A stretch of DNA of 64,000 nt, taken from NCBI GenBank assembly GCA_963796285.1, contig CAWCKW010000013.1, positions 1 through 64,000 on the forward strand, written 5' to 3'. The notes under the pieces were generated by a model. The model ran no database searches. It had not been told where the DNA came from and was given only the letters and a program-made list of their open reading frames with translations. Position numbers and translations under genes: made by a program. The stretch is from Nitrospirota bacterium. GTDB lineage: Bacteria; Nitrospirota; UBA9217. Positions within the stretch are counted from its first letter, which is position 1; every line of letters begins with the position of its first letter. This document shows positions 40,919 to 51,663 of the stretch, one piece after another.

Positions 40919-41098
40919 CTACTTCCCCAGGACCTTCTTGACCTGAGCGATCTTTTCCTGCATTTTGCCGGCTATCTTTTCGCCCTTTCCTTCGATTTCC
41001 AACTTGGGATTATCGGTGATTTTTCCGGCCATTTCCTTGACCTTGCCCTTTGCTTCGTGAAACGTGCCTTTCACTTTGTCTTGCATGCTGGATTTCAT
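40919..41098 (-). CDS. csbD: CsbD family protein, copy 2
   Basis: MKSSMQDKVKGTFHEAKGKVKEMAGKITDNPKLEIEG..; AGGAGG RBS. Confidence 0.92.
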   Translation of the reverse strand: MKSSMQDKVKGTFHEAKGKVKEMAGKITDNPKLEIEGKGEKIAGKMQEKIAQVKKVLGK

Positions 41099-41335
41099 AG
41101 TATTCCTCCTGTCCGATATTGGTTTGGCTGCCGTTACACCGGTACCATAATTCCAGTTAAGGGGATAATTACCTTAAAAAAAATGAAATGCACTTGTGCT
41201 TCTGCCCCTTGTCAACGAGACCTGCCCCGTATTTCCGATATAACAGATCCTGCTTTCATGATCGAATAACCCGTCCTGTTCTCATTTTCATTACCTCGTC
41301 AGGTCAATGAAAAAGCAACAGCACTATATGAGTAT

Positions 41336-41351
41336 TACACTTATCGTGCCA
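41336..41351 (-). promoter_or_regulatory. Candidate sigma54 -24/-12 promoter
   Basis: TGGCACGATAAGTGTA: perfect -24 element, imperfect -12. Confidence 0.4.
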
Positions 41352-41446
41352 GAGGAAAGCTGCGGATTCCGCGGTGACAAGACATTGATTGTTCAGACTT
41401 AGATGGATAGTGGGTTTTAGAGGTGAGAAGAAAGCTGTCAAGGTTA

Positions 41447-41482
41447 GCCGTCGCATTTAACAGAACCGTCAAATGCGACGGC
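41447..41482. promoter_or_regulatory. Perfect 12-bp inverted repeat, candidate enhancer site
   Basis: GCCGTCGCATTT-N12-AAATGCGACGGC with no U-tract. Confidence 0.45.
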
Positions 41483-41571
41483 GGTGAAGCGAAGATATAT
41501 TTTATAAGTCTTGTGTCGTATAGTTGACCAGGGGCAGTTACGAATTGAAGAGAGGTTTCACCCATGAGGGA

Positions 41572-42717
41572 TCACTTCCCAAATTGAATTTCAAGGGTAG
41601 CCAGAAAAGCGTATGCGGAATTCCTTCGGTAGCTCTCATCTCTCGGCCAGGTGACTTCAGGCGCAAGCTCGAAGAAGAGCCAGGGCCGGTAAAAATTCCG
41701 TCGATAGAGTGACCCGATCCGATAATTTTGAACGATCCAGCCAGGATGATTCACTCCCCATATACTGGTATCATAGGAAATTGCGCTCTTGGGTGTCAAT
41801 TGAGTAAGAAGACTGATCCCGGTATTCCAGGTTATGCCGGACGTGCCCTCAGTAAAGGTCACGTTATTGCCCCATCGGACGAACGTAAACGTGGTGAACT
41901 TTCGTTCAAGATCGAGTTGTACTGTGTTCGTGAAATGTTCAACGGCTTGCCACATGGCGATTTCGGAAAATCGGATAAGGTAAACCTCGCCAAAGGGCTT
42001 CTCGTATTGATTCCGCATCCTGATATAGGCATCGGGGTGCAAACTGATCTTTATACCGCTGTCAAAACTGACCAGTGAACGGAGCCTGGTATACAAATCT
42101 GCTCGCACCCCGACAATCGGTTTTCTGGCCCCTGTCGCAGGGTCGGTTCCGGGATCGACGGGCAGACCGGGCTGGGTGGTGAATTTGTCGGCAGCAGATT
42201 CCGAAACAATATAAAACTTTGCTCTTTTCAGCAAGTTCTCTATCTGGGGCAGGCGGTACCGGAACCTGTAATAGTGGACAAGATCGACATCCTTCCCCTC
42301 TATCCATCGGACTGTATTTCTTAATATGATTAATGTGGCGGGCCGGACATCCAGCAAAACATGGTCCTTCACAAAGAAGGTATCAAACCATACCGCTGGT
42401 TCACAGGTGTGGTCCTGTACAAAATCATGCACCTGGTCCATCCAATTATCGCCTTCAACGACGACGGTAAAGCAGGGGTTTATTTGCGGCCCGAATCGCT
42501 CCGTGCTTTCGGTTGGTGTCACCGGTGGAGGCACTTGGTCGGTTTTAGGCACCTGCTGTGCTGCGGGTGAAGGGGGAAGCTGTTGAGTATTCGTTTCCGC
42601 GCTTGATAGGTTACTATCTGTCGTAGTCGAAACCATTCCCGGCTGTTCCAGGGTTTCAGCGCTCGCGCCATGAAAACCGGTGAAGAGAAGAACGAGGCTG
42701 AAAAACAACGGGATCAA
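41572..42717 (-). CDS. Exported hypothetical protein, likely outer-membrane beta-barrel
   Basis: Signal peptide, alternating aromatic strands, ends LEIQFGK. Confidence 0.7.
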   Translation of the reverse strand: MIPLFFSLVLLFTGFHGASAETLEQPGMVSTTTDSNLSSAETNTQQLPPSPAAQQVPKTDQVPPPVTPTESTERFGPQINPCFTVVVEGDNWMDQVHDFVQDHTCEPAVWFDTFFVKDHVLLDVRPATLIILRNTVRWIEGKDVDLVHYYRFRYRLPQIENLLKRAKFYIVSESAADKFTTQPGLPVDPGTDPATGARKPIVGVRADLYTRLRSLVSFDSGIKISLHPDAYIRMRNQYEKPFGEVYLIRFSEIAMWQAVEHFTNTVQLDLERKFTTFTFVRWGNNVTFTEGTSGITWNTGISLLTQLTPKSAISYDTSIWGVNHPGWIVQNYRIGSLYRRNFYRPWLFFELAPEVTWPRDESYRRNSAYAFLATLEIQFGK

Positions 42718-42987
42718 AAAATAACGGAGATGCCTCGCAGCAATAATTATACGATCCTCGGTTCTGATATACTCCTCCCTTTGAAGTGCGTGCTGAAATT
42801 CTCGCCTCTCCCCTTGGGGAGAGGATTGCGGTTAGTGAGGCATGCCAGTTTGAATTTTAGGTATTCTCTATTTTGGAGAATTATGCAAGGGTTGCATGTC
42901 TTTATCAATCCGTGTTCATCAGATTTCGCTTTGAAGCTCCCATTTTCGATACCGTGTCCAAATGCTCTTTCCCAAATGGGCCTTTTT

Positions 42988-44715
42988 TTATGAACGGCGG
43001 ATGCCTTCTTTCCGCATCCGGCCGCGAAGCGTGCTGGGGTTGAGACCGAGCATCGCCGCTGCGCCTTTTTCCCCCTCGATCCTCCACCCGGTTTTCTCGA
43101 GCGCCTGGAGGATGTGGTCGCGTTCCAGCGTGGCAAGGCTCTTGCCGTCCCGCGCCTCCTGTTCACCGGCCTGCGGGGAATTCACAAACCGGTCCAGTAT
43201 CTGCAACCCGGCCCCCAGGCTCGTGATCACCGCCCGCTCGATGATACTCTCCAACTCGCGCACGTTGCCCGGCCAGTCGTATTCCTGGAGGACGTTCAGG
43301 GTGTCTTTCGACACGGTCTCGATCTTCTTTCCTGTTTTCTTGTTGAATTTGGCGACAAAATAATCGACAAGAAACGGGATGTCCTCCTTGCGCTGCCGGA
43401 GGGGCGGGATCGTGATGGGGAAAACATTCAGCCGATAGAACAGGTCTTCCCGGAACCTGCCCTTCCGGATCTCCTCCTCCAGATTACGGTTGGTGGACGC
43501 GATGATCCGCACGTTGACCTTGATGGTCTTTGGGCTGCCCAGCCGCTCGAACTCGCCGTCCTGGATGACCCTGAGCAGCTTGGTCTGAAGGTCGATCGGC
43601 ATCTCGCCGATCTCGTCGAGAAACAGGGTGCTGTTGTCGGCAAGTTCGAAGCGCCCAACCTGCCGGTCGTGGGAGCCGGTGAACGCGCCCTTTTCCCGCC
43701 CGAAGAGCTCGCTTTCGATGAGGTTCGCCGGGAGCGCCGAGCAGTTGACCGTAATCATGGGCCGGTCCTTGCGGCTGCTCTTGCCGTGAATGGAGCGCGC
43801 TACTAATCCCTTCCCCGTGCCGGTCTCGCCAAGGAGAAGAACGGTCGCCTCCTGCGGCGCCACCTGTTCGACCTTGAAGAACACATACTCAAGAGCATTG
43901 CTTCGCCCGATGATCTCGCCGAAGTTATATTCCTTGTCGATCACTTTGTGAAGATAGATGTTCTCAGCCTGGAACCGGTCCTTTAACTGCTTGTTTTCCG
44001 CATACGCGCTCCGGAGCGACTCTTCCGTCCCCTTGCGCTCCTCTATTTCCTGCGAGAGCTGCTCGTTTGCTCTGGTCAGCTCTCCCGTTCGTTCCCTTAC
44101 CTTCAGGTCAAGGTCGCCATAGGCCTTTTGGAGCACCTCTTCGGCTCGCTTGCGCTCGGTGACCTCGAGGATCGTGGTACGGATATAACCGGTCTTGCCG
44201 TCCAGAATTTCATTCGCTACGCTTTGGAGCTGCGCATAGAACACAGCGCCGTCTTTTCTCTTAAACCTGATTTCACAGGTCTGCATGCCCTGCTTTTGAA
44301 AAATCTCCTTACGGTGTTTCGAAAAAATCTCCCTGTCCGCCGCTTCCGCGATAAAACTGCTGAAGGGCCTCTTGAGCAGCAATCCCCTCTCGATTCCCAG
44401 CAAATGCGCGCCGCTAAGATTTACCCCCTCTATCAGTCCCCGTGCATCAATGGTAAAATAGCCGACAGGCGCAAAGTCATATAATTCAGCGTACTGATTC
44501 CTCGATGACTCCAGTTCATCCCGGACTTTGCGCAGTTCTTCATTTTGCATCTCGAGCTCGATCTGATGCGTCCCCAGTTCGTGGACAAGTTCCTGAATGT
44601 CCCGGGCAGAGAGCTTGTGCAGCCTCTCAAGCTGTGTGCGCAGCTTTTCCTCGGCTTTATTGCGAAGTGAGGCGAGATTGTCTGTCTGTCGGTTCGATGA
44701 AAGGGATTTTTTCAT
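42988..44715 (-). CDS. PAS-containing sigma54-dependent activator (FhlA/NtrC-like)
   Basis: [46 protein letters not shown], Fis-type HTH. Confidence 0.95.
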   Translation of the reverse strand: MKKSLSSNRQTDNLASLRNKAEEKLRTQLERLHKLSARDIQELVHELGTHQIELEMQNEELRKVRDELESSRNQYAELYDFAPVGYFTIDARGLIEGVNLSGAHLLGIERGLLLKRPFSSFIAEAADREIFSKHRKEIFQKQGMQTCEIRFKRKDGAVFYAQLQSVANEILDGKTGYIRTTILEVTERKRAEEVLQKAYGDLDLKVRERTGELTRANEQLSQEIEERKGTEESLRSAYAENKQLKDRFQAENIYLHKVIDKEYNFGEIIGRSNALEYVFFKVEQVAPQEATVLLLGETGTGKGLVARSIHGKSSRKDRPMITVNCSALPANLIESELFGREKGAFTGSHDRQVGRFELADNSTLFLDEIGEMPIDLQTKLLRVIQDGEFERLGSPKTIKVNVRIIASTNRNLEEEIRKGRFREDLFYRLNVFPITIPPLRQRKEDIPFLVDYFVAKFNKKTGKKIETVSKDTLNVLQEYDWPGNVRELESIIERAVITSLGAGLQILDRFVNSPQAGEQEARDGKSLATLERDHILQALEKTGWRIEGEKGAAAMLGLNPSTLRGRMRKEGIRRS

Positions 44716-44854
44716 TTTTTATGAATCCGCATTATACTGTTAGTCCTCTGTGTCGATAATAGCGGGTCATTTTGCACAAGCATTCCCCCACCCGCAACGC
44801 TTAATCATTATTTTTCAAATCGGGAACAGTATACCATATTTTTTTTGTTCCCGG

Positions 44855-44940
44855 ATCCACTTTTCTCCCGATAGCTTTCGTCTTCAATGACGATCTGGTG
44901 CCCGGTGTGCACCAGGCGGTCCAGTGTCGAATCGGCATTA
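44855..44940 (-). mobile_element. IS21 IstB C-terminal relic
   Basis: Translates ADSTLDRLVHTGHQIVIEDESYREKS, matching the IstB consensus xLDRLxH...ESYR. Confidence 0.65.
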
Positions 44941-45157
44941 ATTATCTGATAGTACGGCAATTAACGTAAAAAGGAGTACTCACCCAATGGGTGTACAGAC
45001 CATGTATCTTGTACAAAAAACGTGCTTCGTCTTGACGTGGATACCGGCGGACGAAAAGGTTCGTAGAGAATGGGATCCACCTGGGACGTTCGCCCTTTTG
45101 GACAGTTGGCTTATTCATCGGGTTTTTGAAGACCGGGGGACTGTTCGATCAATGGAT

Positions 45158-47134
45158 CTACAACTTCCCCTTAACGAGGTTGTCCACCACCGACGGATCG
45201 GCCAGGGTCGAGGTATCGCCCAGGTCTTCCACCTGGTTGTGGGCGATCTTCCGGAGGATGCGGCGCATGATCTTGCCGCTTCGCGTCTTCGGCAGGCCGG
45301 GCGCGAACTGGAGCTTGTCCGGCGTGGCGATCGGCCCGATGTTCGAGCGGACGTGGCCGGTGAGGACCTTCTTGAGATCGTCGGTCGGCTTGAACCCGTC
45401 CTTGAGCGTCACATACACGTAGATGCCTTCGCCCTTGATGTCGTGCGGATAGCCGACGACCGCTGCTTCGGCTACCGCCTCGTGGCTGACGAGCGCGGAC
45501 TCGACCTCGGCAGTGCCGAGCCGGTGGCCGGACACGTTGATCACGTCGTCCACGCGGCCCATGAGCCAGTAATCGCCGTCCTCGTCCACGCGCGCGCCGT
45601 CGCCGGTGAAGTACTTGCCCGGGAACCGGGTGAAGTAGACCTCTTTGATCCGCTTGTTCGCGGGGTCTCCGTAGGTGCCGCGAAGCATGCCGGGCCAGGG
45701 TTTGTCGATGCACAGGTAGCCGCCTTCGTTTGCCTTGGCAGGCGAGCCGTCCTCTTTTACCACACTGGGGACGACGCCCGGGAACGGACGGGTTGCCGAG
45801 CCCGGCTTGGTCGTGATGGCGCCGGGGAGCGGCGTGATCAGGATGCCGCCGGTCTCGGTCTGCCACCACGTGTCCACGATCGGCAGCTTTTCGTGCCCCA
45901 CGTGCTTGTGGTACCACATCCACGCCTCGGGGTTGATGGGCTCTCCCACGCTTCCGAGGACCTTGAGGGAGGAGAGGTCGTGCGTGGTCACCCAGCTGTC
46001 GCCTTCTTTCATGAGCGCGCGGATGGCCGTGGGCGCGGTGTAGAAGATGTTGACCTGGTGCTTGTCTACGATGTCCCAGAACCTGCCCGGGTCGGGATAG
46101 GTCGGGATGCCTTCGAACATGAGCGAGGTGGCGCCGTTCGAGAGCGGGCCGTACAGGATGTAGCTGTGACCGGTGACCCATCCGATGTCGGCGGTGCAGA
46201 AGTGGATGTCTTCTTCGTGGTAGTCGAAGATCCACCGGAACGATATGTTGGTATAGAGCAGGTAGCCGGCGGTGGTATGCAGCACGCCCTTGGGCTTGCC
46301 CGTGGAGCCCGAGGTGTAGAGGATGAAGAGCGGGTCTTCCGCGTCCAACTTCTCGGGTTCGCAATAGTTCGTGATGTCCTTTGCCGCCATCTCCTCATGC
46401 CACCACGTGTCCCTGCCTGGTTCCATGTTGACCTTGCCCGTGCCTGCCCGCTGGACCACGATCATGTCCTTCACCGTCGGGCATTCGAGGAGCGCTTCGT
46501 CGGCGTTGGCCTTTAAGGGGATGAACCGGCCGCCGCGCAGGCCTTCGTCCGCGGTGATGACCATGGACGACTGGCAGTCCTGGATGCGGTCCCGCATTGC
46601 CTTCGCGGAAAACCCGCCGAACACCACGCTGTGGATCGCGCCGATGCGCGCGCAGGCCAGCATGGAGACCGCCAGCTCGGGGATCATGGGGAGATAGATG
46701 GTGACCCGGTCGCCCTTCTTGACGCCTTTCTTCTTGAGGACGTTGGCGAAGCGGTTCACCTCGTAATACAGCTGCTGGTACGTGAAGGTCTTGTACACCC
46801 CGCTGTCCGCTTCCCAGATGAGCGCGGCCTTGTTCCGGGTGGGGGTGGTGATGAACCGGTCAAGGCAGTTCACCGAGGCATTCAGTTTTCCTCCCGCGAA
46901 CCACTTGATGGAGGGCTTGTGGAAATCGTAGTCCAGGACCTTGTCCCATTTCTTGTACCACGTAAGGTTCTTTTCGGCCATCTCCGCCCAGAACTTCTCG
47001 GGGTCGTCCACCGACCGCTTGTAGAGCTGCTCGTACTCCTTCATGCTCTTGATGTGCGCTTTTTGACTGAATTCCTTTGACGGAGGGAACGTCCGTTTTT
47101 CCGTCGACAGGACTTGGATGCTTTCTTCTGCCAT
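45158..47134 (-). CDS. acs: Acetyl-CoA synthetase (AMP-forming)
   Basis: [32 protein letters not shown]. Confidence 0.98.
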   Translation of the reverse strand: MAEESIQVLSTEKRTFPPSKEFSQKAHIKSMKEYEQLYKRSVDDPEKFWAEMAEKNLTWYKKWDKVLDYDFHKPSIKWFAGGKLNASVNCLDRFITTPTRNKAALIWEADSGVYKTFTYQQLYYEVNRFANVLKKKGVKKGDRVTIYLPMIPELAVSMLACARIGAIHSVVFGGFSAKAMRDRIQDCQSSMVITADEGLRGGRFIPLKANADEALLECPTVKDMIVVQRAGTGKVNMEPGRDTWWHEEMAAKDITNYCEPEKLDAEDPLFILYTSGSTGKPKGVLHTTAGYLLYTNISFRWIFDYHEEDIHFCTADIGWVTGHSYILYGPLSNGATSLMFEGIPTYPDPGRFWDIVDKHQVNIFYTAPTAIRALMKEGDSWVTTHDLSSLKVLGSVGEPINPEAWMWYHKHVGHEKLPIVDTWWQTETGGILITPLPGAITTKPGSATRPFPGVVPSVVKEDGSPAKANEGGYLCIDKPWPGMLRGTYGDPANKRIKEVYFTRFPGKYFTGDGARVDEDGDYWLMGRVDDVINVSGHRLGTAEVESALVSHEAVAEAAVVGYPHDIKGEGIYVYVTLKDGFKPTDDLKKVLTGHVRSNIGPIATPDKLQFAPGLPKTRSGKIMRRILRKIAHNQVEDLGDTSTLADPSVVDNLVKGKL

Positions 47135-47309
47135 TATTGTTTCTCCTTATCTGGATGACCGTATCGTGGTGCCGTTACACCATGAATATAGCATACACAA
47201 GGGGCCTTGAAAAACAGACACCGTCAGGAAACGATTCTCACGCCGATGACCGGCAGCTTCATGCCTCTTGCCTGCATGCAGAGAACGGACAGCAGGCTTG
47301 AACAGATAA

Positions 47310-47792
47310 CTACTTCCCGAACTTCTTCCGCAACATCTGGACCACCACCTTCGGCACAAGGCTGGACACGTCGCCGCCGTAGCTCGCGGCCTCCCTCACG
47401 ATGGTGGATGTGATAAAGGAATATTCTTCACTCGGCATCATGAAAACCGTTTCGATCGTGTTGTCAAGCCTGCGGTTCATAAGGGCCATCTGCATTTCAT
47501 ACTCAAAATCTGATACTGCCCGCAACCCCCGGATAATGGCGATCGCCCTCTTCTTCCTGACATAATCAACGAGCAAGCCGTCAAATCCTTTGATCACGAC
47601 ATTCTTGTATTTAGCCGTTGCTGTCGTGAGCATGGCGATACGCTCTTCAAGTGAAAAAAGCGGCGCCTTTCGGGGATTCTCCGCCACAGCAACAATGACG
47701 TTATCGAATATCCTGAGGCTTCGTTCAACGAGGTCGACGTGCCCATTCGTGACAGGATCAAAGGTTCCAGGGTAGACCGCAATGCGTTTCAT
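47310..47792 (-). CDS. coaD: Phosphopantetheine adenylyltransferase
   Basis: YPGTFDPVTNGH, RGLRAVSDFEYE. Confidence 0.98.
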   Translation of the reverse strand: MKRIAVYPGTFDPVTNGHVDLVERSLRIFDNVIVAVAENPRKAPLFSLEERIAMLTTATAKYKNVVIKGFDGLLVDYVRKKRAIAIIRGLRAVSDFEYEMQMALMNRRLDNTIETVFMMPSEEYSFITSTIVREAASYGGDVSSLVPKVVVQMLRKKFGK

Positions 47793-47830
47793 GGTACCTC
47801 CTTCAATAAAGTGGTCAGCAGTCAGGCCAG

Positions 47831-48445
47831 CTAGCAGAGATCCGGACAATTTATAAAAAAACCTGACTCCTGACCTATCCGACTGTCCCAGACTTCTGAC
47901 TCTTGGCTCCTGCATTTATAAAACGCCAGCACCGTATCACCATACTTTGCTTCCCGATAGAGCCCCAAACCGCCCGCTCGCTCGGGTGACGGTTGCTTCT
48001 TGAAGTGCTCGGCGATCACGATCGCGTCGGATTTCAAAATCCCTGCCTCTGCGATCTGTTCGAGCAAGGGCTGTAATCCCGTTGCGTACGGCGGATCCAG
48101 GAACACGATATCATAAGGTCCTGACGGTTTTTTGAGGAATGACTCTGCCTTCGACAGCATGGCCCGCGATCGTTCTTCGAATCCGGTCTGCTCGATATTC
48201 TGCTTCACAACATTGATCGAATCTTGCGATTCATCAACGAACACAACGCGCGCTGCATCCCTGCTGAGAGCTTCGATGCCGATGCCGCCTGCGCCGGCAA
48301 AAAGGTCGAGAAAGACGGCGTCGACCACCCGATCGCCGAGTATGTTGAACAAGGCCTGCTTCACCTTGTCCGATGTGGGCCTCACGCGGTCCCCTGCCGG
48401 GACCTTCAGCCGTTGTCCCCTGCCACTGCCTCCGGTAACTCTCAT
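47831..48445 (-). CDS. rsmD: 16S rRNA m2G966 methyltransferase
   Basis: RPTSDKVK.ALFN, LDLFAG.G..GIEALSR, FLDPPY. Confidence 0.95.
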   Translation of the reverse strand: MRVTGGSGRGQRLKVPAGDRVRPTSDKVKQALFNILGDRVVDAVFLDLFAGAGGIGIEALSRDAARVVFVDESQDSINVVKQNIEQTGFEERSRAMLSKAESFLKKPSGPYDIVFLDPPYATGLQPLLEQIAEAGILKSDAIVIAEHFKKQPSPERAGGLGLYREAKYGDTVLAFYKCRSQESEVWDSRIGQESGFFINCPDLC

Positions 48446-48463
48446 CGCCTGTCCACCATTGCG

Positions 48464-48492
48464 ATGCTACAGAAAAACCCATTCTGAGTCAA
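48464..48492 (-). promoter_or_regulatory. Sigma70 promoter for rsmD-coaD
   Basis: TTGACT-N17-TAGCAT on the minus strand. Confidence 0.5.
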
Positions 48493-48499
48493 GCACTTC

Positions 48500-48528
48500 T
48501 TGACACACAAGGTCAATGTGGATATACT
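48500..48528 (+). promoter_or_regulatory. Sigma70 promoter for nfeD-slipin
   Basis: TTGACA-N17-TATACT. Confidence 0.7.
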
Positions 48529-48553
48529 TTTTCATATTCAGGGAGTTATCACC

Positions 48554-49900
48554 ATGCGTTTAACAGCACGATCGACCTTTCTTGTCTCTCTTGTCCTGAT
48601 CATTGCAGTCACCTTCGTTCTCGCGGTGGCCGCTGATGCGAAGAAGGTGAACAAGCCAGCTCCTCCTGCTGAGGCTGCATCGGTTCCCTCCTCAAAAAAG
48701 ATCCACCTGATCGAGATCGACGCGCCCATCACGCCCGTGGTTGCCGAGTACATCATCAAATCCATTGACCGTGCTGAAAAGGCCAATGTTGAAGCCCTCA
48801 TTATCCAGTTGAACACCCCCGGCGGCCTTGTTGACTCCACCCAGCAAATCGTGATGAAGATGATGGCCTCCGAAGTGCCTACCGTGGTCTATGTGGCGCC
48901 GAGCGGAGGCCGCGCCGCTTCTGCCGGTGTGTTCATCACGCTTGCGGCCAATATCGCGGCAATGGCGCCGACCACGCACATAGGCGCGGCACACCCTGTC
49001 CAGATGCAGGGCAAGATGGACGAAACTATGGAAAAGAAGGCCGTGAACGACCTAGCTGCCATGATGCGGGGCATCGCGGAAAAACGCGGCAGGAACGCAA
49101 AGTGGGCGGAAGACGCTGTGCGGAACAGCGTTTCCATCACCGAGACCGAGGCGCTCAAGAACAAGGTCATCGACCTCGTTGCGCCGGATATACCGGCGCT
49201 CGTCAAGGCAATGGACGGCAGGACCGTGGAGATGGTCATCGGAAAGAGGACGCTCAGGACCGCCGGCGCTGAGGTTGAAAAGATCACGATGGGGTTCCGT
49301 GACAAGGTCCTCGGCATTATCAGCAATCCCAACGTCGCTTATATCCTCATGATCCTCGGGTTCTATGGCCTGTACTTCGAGCTCTCGAACCCCGGCGCCA
49401 TCTTTCCCGGCGTGGCCGGCGCCATCTGCCTGATCCTCGCCTTCTACGCCCTCCATACCCTGCCGATCAACTATGCGGGGCTCATGCTCATCATCCTTGC
49501 AATTGCGCTGTTCATTGCCGAGGCATTCATCACGAGCCACGGTATCCTCGGCGTCGGCGGGACCATCGCCATGCTCCTGGGTTCGGTCATGCTCATCGAC
49601 TCTCCTGTCCCGGCGCTCCAGATCTCCTGGGCCGTGATCATCCCGGTCGTGGCCATGTCCGCATTGTTGTTCATCATCACCGTCACCGTCGCGGTCCGGG
49701 TGCGCCGGGAAAAGACCGATACAGGCCGGGAAGGACTTATCGGAAAACAGGCGGAGGCGAGATCGGACCTCGATCCTACGGGCCGGATATTCATCCACGG
49801 CGAATCCTGGAACGCACGGAGCAATGAGCCCATTCATAAAGGTGAAAAGGTGACCATAGTAGATATAGAGGGACTGACTCTCATCGTGAAAAAATCCTAG
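48554..49900 (+). CDS. nfeD: NfeD membrane-bound serine protease (long form)
   Basis: LNTPGG, RAASAG, IGAAHPV, TM bundle, C-terminal GE.W.A OB-fold. Confidence 0.93.
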   Translation: MRLTARSTFLVSLVLIIAVTFVLAVAADAKKVNKPAPPAEAASVPSSKKIHLIEIDAPITPVVAEYIIKSIDRAEKANVEALIIQLNTPGGLVDSTQQIVMKMMASEVPTVVYVAPSGGRAASAGVFITLAANIAAMAPTTHIGAAHPVQMQGKMDETMEKKAVNDLAAMMRGIAEKRGRNAKWAEDAVRNSVSITETEALKNKVIDLVAPDIPALVKAMDGRTVEMVIGKRTLRTAGAEVEKITMGFRDKVLGIISNPNVAYILMILGFYGLYFELSNPGAIFPGVAGAICLILAFYALHTLPINYAGLMLIILAIALFIAEAFITSHGILGVGGTIAMLLGSVMLIDSPVPALQISWAVIIPVVAMSALLFIITVTVAVRVRREKTDTGREGLIGKQAEARSDLDPTGRIFIHGESWNARSNEPIHKGEKVTIVDIEGLTLIVKKS

Positions 49901-50159
49901 TTATCCAGCGGTAAGCAAACATAACAGTAGTGACCAAAGCCCGATTTTCGCGGTAGAGTAAATGAGGAATACCTGATATGATCGTAAAAAATCGGTCTCA
50001 CACGAAGATCACGGAGGGCACAAAGAAAACTTTGAGCGTTTTCAATATGCCTTTCTTCGTGCCTTCGTGGCTTGGTGTGAACAATTGGCTTACTATGGGA
50101 TCATCAAAATTGACATAACGAATTTCCAATGAACCAACATTCTGCAAAGGAGGAGTAAT

Positions 50160-50933
50160 ATGCAAGCATACGGACTCGGTTTATTGATATTCATCTTTTT
50201 AGGCGGCTGGTTCCTGTTCAACACCCTCAAGATCCTGAAACAGTACGAGCGGGGCCTTATCTTCACCCTCGGCAAGGTCAGCCTGGAACACGGGGTGAAG
50301 GGACCGGGCCTGATCGTGCTTCTTCCGGGCATCCAAAAAATGGTCAGGGTGAGCCTGCGGACGGTTACCATGGACGTCCCGTCGCAGGACGTGATCACCA
50401 AGGACAACGTGACCGTGAAAGTGAACGCAGTGGTCTACTTCCGGGTCATTGACCCACGCAGGGCCGTTGTCGAGGTCGAGGACTTCTATTATGCGACGTC
50501 GCTCATTGCCCAGACCACGCTCCGGAGCATCCTCGGCCAGAATACCCTTGACGACCTGCTCTCGAACCGTGAGGCCATCAATGTCGAGCTCCAGAAAGTG
50601 ATCGATGAACAGACCGAGCCCTGGGGGGTAAAGGTGACGACCGTGGAAGTGAAGAATGTTGACCTCCCGGCCGAAATGCAGCGCGCTATTGCGATCCAGG
50701 CTCAGGCAGAGCGGGAACGCCGGGCCAAGATCATCCATGCCGAAGGCGAGCTCCAGGCATCGGCGAAGCTGGGAGAAGCCGCGGCGGTCATCAGCCAGAA
50801 TCCGATCGCGCTTCAGCTCCGGTACCTCCAGACACTCACCGAGATCGGCACCGAAAAAAATACGACCATCGTATTTCCCCTGCCGATCGATATTTTCTCG
50901 GCATTCTTGAAGCTCGTGGATAAGAAGAACTAA
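50160..50933 (+). CDS. Slipin/stomatin SPFH-domain protein
   Basis: [44 protein letters not shown]. Confidence 0.95.
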   Translation: MQAYGLGLLIFIFLGGWFLFNTLKILKQYERGLIFTLGKVSLEHGVKGPGLIVLLPGIQKMVRVSLRTVTMDVPSQDVITKDNVTVKVNAVVYFRVIDPRRAVVEVEDFYYATSLIAQTTLRSILGQNTLDDLLSNREAINVELQKVIDEQTEPWGVKVTTVEVKNVDLPAEMQRAIAIQAQAERERRAKIIHAEGELQASAKLGEAAAVISQNPIALQLRYLQTLTEIGTEKNTTIVFPLPIDIFSAFLKLVDKKN

Positions 50934-50965
50934 CACGGAAAATACCCACGCGTGAAATCAATGCA

Positions 50966-50993
50966 AGGCGGCCCTCTCCGGCCGCCTTTTTTT
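50966..50993 (+). terminator. Rho-independent terminator
   Basis: aggcggcc-ctctcc-ggccgcct followed by a T-run. Confidence 0.8.
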
Positions 50994-51663
50994 GTGCGCA
51001 AATAGAATACACTCGATGCGCTTTACTCACATGCCGATTTGGGATAAAGAAAATATGATGGGTCACTCATCATGTCAATAGAGTTCAATAATAGCTCAAC
51101 AGGTGAACCCATGGCTCCCCTTGATTTACATGTGAATGATAAAGCAACCTCCGGACAACGTCGTGGAGGATTAACGTATGATAAATACGGATGAAAGTAT
51201 AATAGAGGGACTTCCTAGATAAAATACGATCTAAATAAAAATCCGACTTTTTCAGTAGAAACTGACCTATAGGTCAATTTTGATATCAATTTTTCTCAAA
51301 ATAAAACGAATATTTCTTAGAAAGGCGCAAAGAAAGAATAACCTTTTCAAAACTCTGCATCTCCATTTCTTCCCGCGCTATCGCAAGAGAAGGTACGAGA
51401 GACGTCATGGTTCCGGTTTTCCCGGGCCAGAAAAATGCAATATAATGATATTTTTCGCGCTTTCCTCGACAACCATGTCTTTGTTTGCTATAGTTCAAAA
51501 GAAGCACGGTTGCAACCTGCCGCAGTTTATTAAGATAAAAAGCTGATGAACACGCAATGTATTTCAATTCCAACTGAACCATGCCCTTTTCCTTACCTAA
51601 CAGTTGTTATGAAGATTCTCTGTATATTTATGTAAATCTTTTTACGTCTACGGAGGTGCGGAT

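Noticed and set aside
44987-46516. Long alternative ORFs (509 aa plus strand, 397 aa minus strand) over acs
   Set aside because: Shadow frames of a GC-rich gene with no recognisable motifs; the same applies to 29467-30471, 61222-62298 and 50199-50936.
51300-51660. Moco/tungsten riboswitch upstream of fdh
   Set aside because: Could not identify the conserved stems or motifs by eye; an Rfam scan would be needed.
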